Below are positions 51,546 to 64,000 of a stretch of DNA of 64,000 nt, one piece after another. The DNA lies in the NCBI GenBank assembly GCA_951406725.2, contig OX597837.1:22816001-22880000 (forward strand), given 5' to 3'. How positions within the stretch are numbered: position 1 is the stretch's first letter; every line of letters begins with the position of its first letter. The translations under genes and the position numbers were made by a program. Below the pieces are notes generated by a model. The model worked only from the letters and a program-made list of their open reading frames with translations. It did no database searches and was not told the origin of the DNA. The stretch comes from Octopus vulgaris (taxonomy: Eukaryota).

Positions 51546-51686
51546 AAATTGATGTACCTCTTTACTTTCTTGATTTCGTTACAGTGCAAGGTTGAACAGC
51601 TATGTAATACAGATAGATATATTATCGTCATCCTCATATATATATATATATATATCTGTAAAATAATATGTGACAATTATTTGGTA

Positions 51687-51756
51687 GCCAAGATAAAACT
51701 CTGAGTTTCGGAAGCTGAGGTAGAAATCCACAACACCATCTCTTCAGTTATCTGGC
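51687..51756 (-). ncRNA. Hammerhead-ribozyme-like motif in a Penelope-type repeat
   Basis: The minus strand reads gccagataa-CTGAAGA-[imperfect stem II]-cGAAA-CTC-a-GAG-TT-ttatcttggc, with an extended stem I. Confidence 0.45.
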
Positions 51757-52131
51757 CATATTATTTTACATATTATTTTACAGATAAATTTCCTCTATTT
51801 GCATAATATTGAGGTCTCTTTCTTTCTTTTGTTATCTTACCGTTTTTACCAATATATATAATAATAATAATATTAGGGAATATGATTTCAAACTTACAGG
51901 GGAAAATTTATTTATTATTTTGTACTTTATTTAGTTCTAGGTAAATGTTTTTTCATATATTTAATTCTTTTCTATATGGTATGATTTAATTATATCATTG
52001 TTGAATTGCTACATGGTGGTTCTTCTCTAATTTATATACATATATATATATATGTAGGTAGGTAGGTTGAATAAATACATACAAACACATACACACACAC
52101 ATACTTATGTGTGGGCGGGCATTTGTGTGTG

Positions 52132-52174
<43 letters not shown>

Positions 52175-52328
52175 TTCCTAATATATTTATAAATAAGTTC
52201 ATTGTCTTTAGAGAAGTGATAGAAAAGAGACAGAGAGAGATAAAGAGACTGAAAGTGAAAGAGAGAGAGAAAAAGGAAAAAGACCCACACACTAAAGACG
52301 GATCAAGATCAAACTTGCATCAGTTTAA

Positions 52329-52359
<31 letters not shown>

Positions 52360-52807
52360 TCACAAACCAATAGTGAACATTATGATTGAATAGTACGAAC
52401 TGTCCAGTTTAGTTAGAGATGTCATTGCTACACACACACACACAATATCAGGTGTGTGTATGTACGAACATAACTGTGTATGTGTATCCATTCCATTATT
52501 AATGTTTAAATACCCAATTCTCACTCAGTTGTGATGGGTTGAACAAGTTTGCAAATCTCTTTATGTACTTCAGTTCTGTGTTCTTTTCAAATATTGGCAA
52601 TGGATTTGACAGTTTTTACACCATAACAGTTCTTGCTTTATATTGATCGCATGACATCTTTTCTTCCATCGATCTACTTCTTCCTAAATCTATTGATGAC
52701 AACCTTCAAAAATACACGTGCATGCTTTCTTGTACACGTATGCGTGTATGTCTTCCTGCACATGTGCATGAGTGTGCTTTTTTTGTATATACGCGTGGGT
52801 GTGTATA

Positions 52808-53345
52808 TGCGTGTCTTCTTGTATGTGTGTGTGTCTTCTTGTGTGTGTGTGTGTGTCTTCTTGTATGTGTGTGTGTGTCTCCTTGTATGTGTGTGTGTCT
52901 TCTTGTATGTGTGTGTGTGTCTTCTTGTATGTGTGTGTGTCTTCTTGTATGTGTGTGTGTCTTCTTGTATGTGTGTGTGTCTTCTTGTGTGTGTGTGTGT
53001 GTTCTTGTATGTGTGTCTCCTTGTATGTGTGTGTGTCTTCTTGTATGTGTGTGTGTTTTCTTGTGTGTGTGTGTGTCTTCTTGTGTGTGTGTGTGTCTCC
53101 TTGTATGTGTGTGTGTCTTCTTGTGTGTGTGTGTCTTCTTGTATGTGTGTGTGTCTTCTTGTATGTGTGTGTCTCCTTGTATGTGTATGTATCTTCTTGT
53201 GTGTGTGTCTTCTTGTATGTGTGTGTGTCTTCTTGTGTGTGTGTCTTCTTGTATGTGTGTGTGTGTGTCTTCTTGTATGTGTGTGTGTGTCTCCTTGTAT
53301 GTTTGTGTGTGTTTTCTTGTATGTGTTTGCGTCTTCTTGTACAGG
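52808..53345. repeat. Minisatellite (cttcttgtat(gt)n units)
   Basis: Direct reading. It is the source of the roughly 300-aa CV/TH-rich pseudo-ORFs. Confidence 0.92.
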
Positions 53346-53361
53346 TGTGTTTGTGTACTCT

Positions 53362-53402
<41 letters not shown>

Positions 53403-54224
53403 ATGTGTTTGTGTCTTCTAGTGCATGCGTGTTTATACCTTCCTGTCCTCGTGCATGTGTTTTGTATGTGTTTCCTTGTGCATGTTCGTACACTCTTGTG
53501 CATGTGTGTGTCTTCTTGTATGTGTGTGTTTGTGCTTTTTTTGTACATGTGTGTGTATATGTCTTCTTGAATACACGTGAGTGTGTTTTGTATGTATTCT
53601 TGTACGTGTGTGTGTTCTGTCTGAGGCGTTGTAGTTCTCTTGTGCGAGATAGATATTCCAGTAATAATAATAGCAACTTGAATCGATGCTAGAAAAGTCA
53701 AGTTTTGATCAGCTAAGCGTCTTTATAATCACAGAAGTGATTGTATTGGGGGGAGAGAACTAGATTCTACACAACTAATGGTTTATCATGAACTGATACA
53801 CGTGGGAGGGGGGTGGAAACAACACCAACAAAGAAAAAAAAACAAACAAAAAACAAAAAAAAAGAACAAAAATATCTACTCAAACATTTCTAAATATTTT
53901 CAAATGATTTAACACAAACACACACACACATGCATAGACACACGCACACGAACAGAACCTGAGTATTTCATGATTATATTGAATAAGATTTGGCTCAGTT
54001 TTCATGTCATGACTGTAAAAATAGGAAGAAAATTGAAAAAAAAAAAAATAGAAGAAAAAGTAGACAAAAGACAGAAGTTTGTGAATAGAAAGAAGAAAGG
54101 AAAGAAGAAAGGAAAGAAAAGGAAAAGAAAAAAAATTGAATTGTGACATAAAAAGGAAATTTTAATGTGATAAGACAATAAATAAAATAATTTAATTGAA
54201 GCTGGAACACAAGTAAAATCACGA

Positions 54225-54533
54225 AGAGAGAGAGAGAGAGAGAGAGAGTGAGAAAGGGGGAGAGAGTGAGAAAGAGGGAGAGAGTGAGAAAGGGGAGAGA
54301 GAGAGAGAGAAAGGGGAGAGAGAGAGTGAGAAAGGGAGAGAGAGTGAGAAAGGGGAGAGAGAGTGAGAGAGAGAGAGAAAGGGAGAGAGTGAGAAAGGGG
54401 AGAGAGAGAGTGAGAAAGGGGAGAGAGAGAGTGAGAAAGGGGAGAGAGAGAGTGAGAAAGTGAGAGAGAGTGAGAAAGGGAGAGAGAGTGAGAAAGGAGG
54501 AGAGACAGAGTGAGAAGGAGGAGAGAGAGAGAG
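54225..54533. repeat. Purine-rich minisatellite (gtgagaaagggg(ag)n)
   Basis: Direct reading. Confidence 0.9.
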
Positions 54534-55129
54534 TAATCAAATTTAAGAGCAACAACAAAAATGCCTCCTCCTCCTCCTCTTCCTCCCCCTCCCTACTTGT
54601 AACAAAAACACAAGTATAAGTAAGATATATATGATGGTATAATCGTGGAAGCATGTTAAATGATATCCATAAAAATCACACACACACACACACATATATA
54701 GACAGCATCACTGCAAAGAAGAAAACTTTGGAACTGATTTCCTGCAGGAATTTTTCTGTGACTTAATCAATCTGGCTTTAATCTAGAAAAGATTGCCAAA
54801 AATTTGAAGTGATTTTAAAAGAATATCTTGTAATGACATAACAACAACACACACACACACATGCATTATATATCTGCATGTGTGTTGTGCGTGTGCACAC
54901 GCAATACCTTGTGTGAACAGATTTCTGCGAGATCTGCTTGAGATTAAGAGTGCTGTAAGATGTAATATATTTAAATATCAAATTAAAAACTGAATTACAA
55001 CAGATTGGAGTTCAGACTACCCAGACTAAACTGCTCTAAATAAAGAATTCCTCTTTTTTTTTTCACCCTCGATCGTTCATTTTCACAGGTTCAAACCAAA
55101 CATTTATTCACTTATGTTATGAGTCTTAC

Positions 55130-55745
55130 TCTATCTTGCAAGTTACTTAGTGACCCCTGTCAGTGCTGGTGCCATGTAAAAAGCATTCAGTCCACACTGT
55201 AAAGTAGTTGGTATTTCGAAGAGCATCCAGCTGTAAAAACCATGCCAAAAACTGACCGCACCTGTACTGGTGCCACAAAGAAAGCACTCAACCCATTGTG
55301 TAGTGGCTGGAGTTAGAAAGGGCATCCAGCTGTAAAAACCATGCCAAAATTGACCTCACCTGTCCTGGTGCCACATAGAAAGCACTCAGCCCATTGTGTG
55401 GTGGTTGGAGTTAGAAAGGGCATCCAGCTGTAAAAATCATGCCAAAATTGACATCACCTGTTCTGGTGCCACAAAGAAAGCACTCAGCCCATTGTGTGGT
55501 GGTTGGAGTTAGAAAGGGCATCCAGCTGTAAAAACCATGCCAAAACTGACCTCCACAGTGCTGGTGCCATATAAAATGCAGCCAGCCCACTCTGAGTGGT
55601 GGTTGGTGTTAGGAAGGGCATCCAACCGCAAAAATCAAGCCAAAACAGATGCAGAAGTATGGTGAAGTCTTCTGCCTTGCCAGGTCTTGTCAAACTGTCC
55701 AACTCATGCCAGCATGGAAAGAGGATGTTAAATGATGATGATGAT
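55130..55745 (+). mobile_element. Family-4 retroposon with an internal tandem expansion of a roughly 98-bp module (about 4.5 copies)
   Basis: Repeated ctggtgccac...aaagcactca.cccattgtgt...ttagaaagggcatccagctgtaaaaaccatgccaaaa, then a (GAT)n tail. Confidence 0.8.
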
Positions 55746-56257
55746 ATCACTCAAATATCTATATCTATGTTGGGCTTGCTGCTACATGGGCAGTGAAGTG
55801 TCAAAAATATTAAAATATAACAGAACCGTGGTTTACGAATGCCTCTCACGAACTAATTGATTTACAAACCATTTTTATAAACATAAAACATCTGGCGTGA
55901 TGAATAGTGTCTGGAATAATGAACACGCAAGCTGGCAACAAAGGTTTGTGACAAGCTTGGAGTAACAGCCTGAAAGCGTCAGTTGCTATCTAGCTTTCAA
56001 TCAGTGCACATTTCTGCTCAAGTTCACTGTGCCTTGTCTTGAATTTCCTGAGCGAAAAAATAATTTTGGTTTATGAAGATTTTGGAACAAATTAAATTCA
56101 TAAACCAGCATTCCACTGTATCATATATAATACATTGCAGTATTTGTTCCAACTTTGGCACCCTCAGTTTAGATTCTGTTGAAGTCAACTTTGCCTATCA
56201 TCCTCTCAGGGTCAATAAATGAAGTGCCAGTTCAGTACTGGATTAATTATATTTTTT

Positions 56258-56641
56258 ATCCTTTACTTGTTTCAGTCATTAGACTGTGGCCATGCCGGGG
56301 CACCAGTTTGAAGCACTTTTAATTGAATGAACCAATCCCCATACTATTTTTTTAAAGCCTAGTACTTATTCTATCAATCTCTTTTGCTGAACTGCTAAGT
56401 TACAGTGATGTAAATATACAAACACTAGCTGTCAAGCAATGGTAGGGGACAAATGCAAAGCCATACACACATATACACGACAGGTTTCTTTCAGTTTCCA
56501 TCTACCAAATCCACTCACAAGGCTTTTTTAAACCCAAGGCTATAGTAGAACACTTGTACCCAAGGTGCCACACAGTGAGACTGAACTTGGAACCACGTGA
56601 TTGGGAAGCAAACTTCTTACCACACAGCCATGCCTGCACCT
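56258..56641 (-). mobile_element. SINE family 1, diverged
   Basis: Homology to the other copies. Confidence 0.78.
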
Positions 56642-57712
56642 AGAGACCTCTTTATGAATTTTCTGGATTATATTAAAAAAAAAATGGGCATAGTAGTTTT
56701 GACCATTTGACTAACAACTTTCACATACCAACATACTACAACCATTAACATACTGCCTGTAAAACTGGTGCTCCGTCAGTTATGAAGATGAGGGTTCCAG
56801 TTGATCCAAACAACAGAAGAGCCTGCTTGTGAAATTAACATGCATGTGGCTGAGCACTCCACAGATGCATGTACCCTTCGCATAGTTCTCAGGGAGATTC
56901 AGCATGTTAAATACAATGTTTATTCATTCACATTGTTTTGAATTAACCATATATTATTTAATAGTTTTGAGATTTCAATGTTATGATTGTTTATTTTTAT
57001 AACGACATTGCAGGGTAGGTGTGAGAAGTTAGATCTGGCTGGTTTGAACATAAAACAATGTAGAATACTTATGCTGTAATGATCAGTTTCAATGTTAAAG
57101 GGCTAAGCCATCCCTGCCAAAGGCTGACTAATTCAACTTCAATTCAGTGCTAAAACCCTTTCTAACCCAGAACAACCACCTTCTGGAACTACCTTCCTGT
57201 CTATATCTTATCAGCAACAATCAGACATTCGGAACCTACAAGAAAAGATGGGCTTCAGCTAATACATTGGAAGGGTCAAGGATAAACTGGAGTCATGAAT
57301 ATGTAATGAGCTCTTCGTTGAAAAAAAAAAAAAAGAAAACCTTGACAGACCTCTGGAACTTTAAGAGGAACCCTCATCTCTTCAGGGATCTCCGAAAGTA
57401 CTTTTGTTCCAATGTGTAAAATCTCTCTCAAAGTCAGATTTTTTGCAGATATCAACATACAGAAGCTCAAACTGAACATTAACTACATCAAGCTCACCAC
57501 TATGGGACCCAACAGATCATCCACATTAAAAAGAAAAAGAAAAAAAGAGAGGGTATGGAAGGCTATGGATATTTACATATCCTTCTCAATTTAAATTATT
57601 AAAAGGAAAACAACAACACATACATACACACACAAAAAGAACAGAAAAACCTAACACTAGAAGTCTATTACATTAATAGTGTTTAAAAGCAACTCATGTG
57701 TCAGCAATGCTC

Positions 57713-57717
<5 letters not shown>

Positions 57718-57809
<92 letters not shown>
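57718..57809. repeat. (AG)n microsatellite
   Basis: Direct reading. Confidence 0.97.
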
Positions 57810-57811
<2 letters not shown>

Positions 57812-59010
57812 AGATCATGCCAAGAGGAATATGTGCAGTATAAAAACATCAAAGTGTGATATTTTCCTTTTTTTTTATGTATTGGCAGTTGTGGCAGTGG
57901 TGGGCTATAAAAGTTGATCAATTATAGCCATGTTTGTGTATTGGTTAGATGAAGGAAATGTGTGTGTGTGTGTGTGTGTAGGGGGAAAGGAGGCAAAAAT
58001 AAATTTAAACAGGAAAAGTAAAAATAGATTTATTAGTGTACCATACCTAAATGAAAAAAGAAAAAAACTCCATTTTCTTCTCTCTATCTCTCTCTCTTTA
58101 CAAACTATATCAGGAGAGTTTGATATTAATAATAATAATGACGATGATGATGATGATGATGATAATAATAATAATAATAATAATAAAAGATTTTTTAATG
58201 CTTTTTTTGTCAGTGCATTAACTAAATATATTTTAGAAATAATGGAAAAAAAGAAGACCAGTCTCTCCTAAATTGTAAAACTGAAGTTCAGTTATGGAGA
58301 GTGAGAGAGAGAGAGAGAGGGAGGGGATCGGAGGGAGAAAGAAAAAGAAAGCATATGTACAAATGTGTAGGTTTTGAGAGTGTATGTATGTGTAAAAACA
58401 CATATATCTATTTATATATCATCGTCTGTTTGCTTTCCTGTGCTGGCATGGGTTGAATGGATAATCGCAGTCTGAATCAATTTTTGTGCTGAGCTACTGC
58501 TCTCCTGGACTGGTCAAGGATCACATGATGGTTGTTTGCAAGGAGATTGGCGTGGATGGTCTCTATGACTGAATGTCCTTCAATCATCAATCATTTTACA
58601 AAATGTACCGGCTGTATTTTTATATCATGGCACTGTGACAAGAGAAGATGTCTTGTTCCTGGCAATACTAAAGAGTCTGCTCTGTCCCAGTTCCTCAGCA
58701 CCAGAAATGTCTTATTCCCAAGTAAGACTGAAGACTCCCCTCTTCTTTGCATTGTCACTGCTTGTTACCTTCATGGAGAAGAGGGAGTAATAGAAGAGAG
58801 AGAGAGCAAAGGAAGAGAGCCCAAGGAGTATGAGTGAGAGTGCAAGAGAGAAAAGTAGACAGTTACATGACAGTTGTTGATGATGGGCTCAAATAAAAAC
58901 AACAATATGATAGACAGGCAGCTAGATGAGTAGTTGGAAGGAAAACTGACATTGAAGCAGTCAGCACCATTCTAGAAGAACAGAAGCAAAAATTACCCCA
59001 AGTCAATGAG

Positions 59011-59250
59011 CTTGCAGCTCAGGACCTTGCAGCTCAGGACCTTGCAGCTCAGGACCTTGCAGCTCAGGACCTTGCAGCTCAGGACCTTGCAGCTCAGGAC
59101 CTTGCAGCTCAGGACCTTGCAGCTCAGGACCTTGCAGCTCAGGGCCTTGCAGCTCAGGGCCTTGCAGCTCAGGGCCTTGCAGCTCAGAACCTTGCAGCTC
59201 AGGGCCTTGCAGCTCAGGACGTTGCAGCTCAGGACGTTGCAGCTCAAGAC
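59011..59250. repeat. 15-bp minisatellite (cttgcagctcaggac) x16
   Basis: Direct reading. Variant units are clustered toward the 3' end. Confidence 0.97.
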
Positions 59251-59554
59251 CTAGAGAAGCAAGTCCATGCAAGCCAGTGTGATAGGATGCTGGACCGATG
59301 GTTCAGTTCAGTTACATAAGTTTGGCTCAGTCTAAACCTCCACAAAGTAAACAGGAAATGGGATAAAATTATGAGTGGGATGGGTAGCTAGTTGCATCAT
59401 GAAATGAGTCCTGTGGAAGCTATCCCCAAAATGTTGGGCAGAGCTGGTGAGAATACACATCACCTCCATTCTATATTACATTGTATATATTTTACCATGT
59501 CTTGCCTCAGTTTTTGTCTTCCCTTATTGGAGCATCAGAGCATCTGTTCATTGA

Positions 59555-60470
59555 TTTCATCTGAAAGGGATACTGCATCCCACTGGTCAGGTGGGATGTC
59601 TGCTGCCAACAACTTCTGTATGGCTGGCTCAGTATGTCATGGTTGACAATATATTGACATGTGATAAGGATTTAAGGCTGCAACATCCATGCAGATACCT
59701 GGATAGCTAGCAGTTATGGTCCTACTTTTTGTCAAGTAAATCATTTCACAGTTCTTTTCTTCAGTGTTGGGTCAAGTAAAGACCAAGTATGTCTGGCATC
59801 TAGAATACTGCCAGGTGTTCACAAACTTCAAACAGTTGGGACATGTGACCAGTGAAACCCCCACATTAGATTTTCTTGTGGTTGGGTAGGGTGATGATAT
59901 TCTCAGTGAAATGGTAAGCTTCAGTTAACTGGCTGATTTATTTGGGTGAACTTTCAAACCAGAAACCTTGAAAATTCCTGATATGACAATACCATATCAC
60001 CAGTTTGAATTGAACTTTGCTTGAGCCAACTCTATGGAAAAGAAGTGTAGAGTGATTTACTTGACAAAAAGAGGACCATATCTGCTAGCTAATTTGATAT
60101 CAGTATGGATGTTGTGGCCTTAACATACTACACATTGTCAACTATGACATACTGAACCTATTTCTTTACTACCCACAAGGGGCCAAACACAGAGGACAAA
60201 CAAGGACAGACAAATGGATTAAGTCACTTATATCGACCCCAGTGCGTAACTGGTACTTATTTCATCGACCCCGAAAGAATGAAAGGCAAAATCGACCTCG
60301 GCAGAATTTGAACTCAGAATGTAGTGGCAGACGAAATACTGCTAAGCATTTTGCCCGGCGTGCTAATGTTTCTGCCACCTCGCCGCCCTGACATACTGAA
60401 CCTGCCATACAGAAGCTGCTGGCAGCAGATAGACCACCTGACCAGTGGAATGCATCCCTCCTGGATGAGA
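59555..60470. repeat. Diverged inverted repeat pair (arms of about 225 bp); the right arm is split by SINE2 with a 15-bp TSD tgacatactgaacct
   Basis: Opposite-strand ORFs share HWSGG.SAA..FCMAGSVC. The TSD is at 60145-60159 and 60389-60403. Confidence 0.85.
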
Positions 60471-61106
60471 GCATTGAGTAGATGTTCAAATACCTGACAA
60501 TACTACAGTACCAGTTGGAATTGAACTCTATAGATAGTGTACAAAAAACCCTGTGTGTATGCAGTTGCTCAGTAATCTGGTATCTAGAATAAATTACCAT
60601 GAAATTTTGATGGAAAGTTTTAATTTAAGTCACCTTAAAACATAGTTGGTATCATAAAACCAAGGGAAGTCTAAGGCATTAAACAGTTACTGTTGTGTAT
60701 AGGACAGATCTGGTCAACAGTTGAAACCATTGTGAAGACTGTTTCCCCTGTGCTTCTTTGGCTGGAATGGACAGGCAGGTTTTAATCTTTTTGGCTGATA
60801 CATATGGTAAACACCACTGGAAATATGAAGAGAGTTTTCACTCTTTGGCCAAACTCTTCAAGCAGAGATAGATACAGTGAATAACCTGTATTTAGCATGT
60901 ATCAGTAGCCCAGAAAATGCAAATGGGAGAAGGCACTCACCATTGCAGGCTGATTCTGAATTTGTCAAAGTTCCTCTGGACTCTCTCTTTGGACTTTCTC
61001 GTGTATGTACTGTTGCTTCCTCCTCCACACCCAGTTATATTTGATACCCATGATGCGAAAGGCCAAAGAAAGATCCATGCTAGGAATATCATTGCAAGAA
61101 CATATT

Positions 61107-61332
61107 TAACCCTTTAGTATTTAAACCGGCCATATCCGGCCAAAATAGCTAATCTGTTTTATGTTCAAACTGACCAGATCCAGGCTCTCACACCTACTCT
61201 ACAATGTTATTCTACATTAAGTAATTACACCATCAAGATCTTGAAGATATGAGATAATGGATGATTAATTCAAATCAATGGGAATCAATAAGCATTATGT
61301 TTGATAGAATAATCTGAACACTAAAGGGTTAA
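61107..61332. mobile_element. piggyBac-like MITE
   Basis: TTAA|CCCTTTAGT...ACTAAAGGG|TTAA. Partial relatives occur at about 39580-39695 and 56905-57105. Confidence 0.75.
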
Positions 61333-62230
61333 AATGAGGTAATTTGAGGACGGAGCAGAGTAAACAATATGATCTGAAAGCACAAACACTGCTGAGCCAG
61401 ACATACTGTAAGGTTCTCAGAGAACAGGCAGGCCTGAGCATTTGCTGAATGGTATCCAAGAGATCAGAAAAGACCACTCAGAAGGTTCCATGATGATGAT
61501 GGAAAGATGATTTAGTTAAATGATAAGAGCCAAGACAAATGACACAGTCAAGAAAGAAACGGATGTGCATTATGACCAGTGATGTATAACAACATCTGTT
61601 AACCTGGTTGATGCAGTGATGTAAACACACATACACAACTACAACTACCATTGTTCTCATGTGAGACAGGATTCCTTCTATGTGTTTGCTATTTCACCAC
61701 CAACACTATCGCCATCGCTACAATGATGACCACCACCACCACCACCACCGTCACCACCATCATCACTGTAATCATTACCATTGCAAGATGAGATTATTTT
61801 ACAGTTTGATATCTCAACAAATGTACCAATAAATAAACAAAGAAACCAGAAAAGTTTATATTCTGACAAGAATGAAAAGATAAACGATAGCAGTAACAAC
61901 AACAGTAACAACAGCAACAACAACAGCAACAGCATTTATTGCAGAGATTTATGGAGAATGTCAGATATAAAATACGGTTTTAGGAGATGGTATTTATTAG
62001 TTCAGTGATTGAAGTTGTGTTCTGTCATCAAATCTAAAAGCTAAATTGTTGTAAAAGGTGAAATTATTACAGCAGATTACTATGATTGACAGTTTTACAG
62101 GTTGAAATAGGACAACAACAACAACAACAACAACAACATAAAGCTAGAAATGTAATACGGAAATAAATAAATAAAACATGAAACACTCTTCTTCTATTAT
62201 TTATATGTTTGCTTAGTAGCTGGAATATAC

Positions 62231-62261
<31 letters not shown>

Positions 62262-62431
62262 ATAGATAAACGCAGCCACACACACATACACACAAATTAA
62301 TGAGGAAAAAAATTGAATAAAAAAAACGTTTCCAATGATTGATAAAATATTTCTAAGCTCAACAACTACAGTCAATTTAGTAGACATATCTCTTATCAAT
62401 TAGTAATAATATTTGTATTAAGAAACACTTT

Positions 62432-62482
<51 letters not shown>

Positions 62483-63114
62483 GCTGCTGCTGCTATTAAA
62501 TGTGTTTATTTATTGTTGGTGTGAAGTAAACAAGCAATACAGAATTTTAGAGTGTGTGATGGCTCTTTGCTTGTTGGCAGTAAGTTATCTGATGATGATG
62601 ATGATGATGATGATGAAGAGGAGGAGTAGGAAGAGGTAGAGAAATGATGGTTAAAAATACGTTAATCATTGATAATGATTAAAAGCTCATATAAAACATA
62701 ATCTGAAAAACATGTAAAACATTACATACCTAAGTTAAACAAAACAATTTGCCAAAAAAAAAAAGCAAAAAACAAAAGCAAAAAAACAAAAAAATGAAAA
62801 TTTCATTAAAAGTTAATTGTACTAGTTTAATGTCTGAGGTACGCCCAACTTGTTACTAAGCTTACCGCTGCCACCGCCAACAAAGCTGCAATAATAATAA
62901 TAATAATGATCCTTTCTACTGGAAGCACAAGGTCTCAAATTTAGGGGAGGGGACTAGTCGATTACATTGACCCCAGTGCATAACTGGTAATTATTTAATT
63001 GACCCTGAAAGGATGAAAGGCAAAGTCAACCTCAGAATGTAGTGATGGGCGAAATATGGCAAAGCATTTTGTCCAGCGTGCTAACGATTCTACCAGCTCG
63101 CCACCTTAATAATA

Positions 63115-63650
63115 ATCATCATCATCATCATCATCATCATCGTTTAGCATCCGCTTTCCATGCTGGCATGGGTTGGACGGTGCAACTGGGATCTGGGAAG
63201 CCAGAAGGCTGCACCAGGCCCAGTCTGATCTGGCAATGTTTCTATGGCTGGATGCCCTTCCAAACGCCAACCACTCCATGAGTGTAGTGGGTGCTTTTTA
63301 CATGCCAGACGAGGTTGGCAAACGGCCATGATTGGATGGTGCTTTTTACGTGCCACCAGCACAGAGGCCAGGCGAGGCTGGCAACGGCCACAATCAGATG
63401 GTGCTTTTTACGTGCCACCGGCACGGAAGTCAGTCGGATGGTTCTCTTATGTGCCACCGGCACTGGTATCACAGCTACAATTTCCATTGATGTTGATCGA
63501 TTTTGATTTTGATTTTTTTTTTTTAAAATATTTTCACTTGCCTCAATAGGTCTTCACAAGTAGAGTTTTGTGACCCAAGAAGGAAAGGTATGCATAAGTG
63601 GACTGAGGCCATGGGTTATGGTCTCACTTGTCCTGCTGGGTCTTCTAATA
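63115..63650 (-). mobile_element. Family-4 retroposon
   Basis: (CAT)n tail on the plus strand, followed by gtttagcatccgctttccatgctggcatggg, with internal tandem cttttacgtgccacc modules. Confidence 0.8.
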
Positions 63651-63938
63651 ATAATAATCCTTTCTACTATAGGCATAAGGTGTGAAGTTTTGGGAGTGGA
63701 AGCAAGTTGATTACACTGACCCCAGAAGGATGAAAGGCAATGTTCGCCTCAGTGGGATTTGAACTCAGAATGTAAAGCCAGGAGAATTGGTGCTAAGCAT
63801 TTTCTCCAGTGTCATAACAATTCTGCTAGCTCACTGCCCTCTTTTTTTTTTTTCGGCCCCTAGTGAGGAAACAATTGGGGGTGGTGGGAGGTGGGAGGAA
63901 TAATTAGAGCTATAATATAAGAGTGCATATACGATATA

Positions 63939-64000
<62 letters not shown>

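Noticed and set aside
52633-53701. 262-331 aa ORFs on both strands
   Set aside because: This is a minisatellite that lacks stop codons and has no domain content.
59011-59250. CRISPR-like array or pentapeptide-repeat gene
   Set aside because: The units are contiguous with no unique spacers, there are no cas genes, and the context is a eukaryotic intron.
61805-61989. Possible plus-strand exon (ttttacAG...ATG|GTATTT) with an Asn-rich frame
   Set aside because: It is low complexity with no recognisable homology, and I found no partner exons.
44842-64000. Next upstream tomosyn exon (expected LLIGFESG..VLWDL)
   Set aside because: I could not find it by eye, so it is probably beyond the window. 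The downstream DFQ.PYA exon was likewise not found in 1-7729.

Overview
Eukaryotic, AT-rich, microsatellite-dense genomic DNA. Its SINE families and simple-repeat style point to an octopus/coleoid cephalopod (inference). The whole window appears to lie inside one minus-strand gene, tomosyn (STXBP5/STXBP5L family, WD40/LLGL region). Three coding exons are visible (44841-44718, 41145-41070, 7884-7730). They splice in frame with canonical GT/AG sites across introns of 3.6 kb and 33.2 kb, and the flanking exons lie outside the window. The introns contain: a near-complete young CR1-like LINE with an intact 2.8 kb EN-RT frame, a polyQ ORF1 and a G_GGA_AAC slippery site at the ORF1/ORF2 junction; Tc1/mariner, hAT, piggyBac-like and Helitron-like elements; RTE and Gypsy relics; many tRNA-derived SINEs; Penelope-type hammerhead ribozyme motifs; an apparently identical-copy 333-bp tandem array; and several long inverted repeats, one of which brackets a single tomosyn exon. 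Most ORFs in the supplied track are microsatellite or SINE artefacts. There is no CRISPR, rRNA or genuine tRNA gene. Repeat boundaries are read by eye and approximate.
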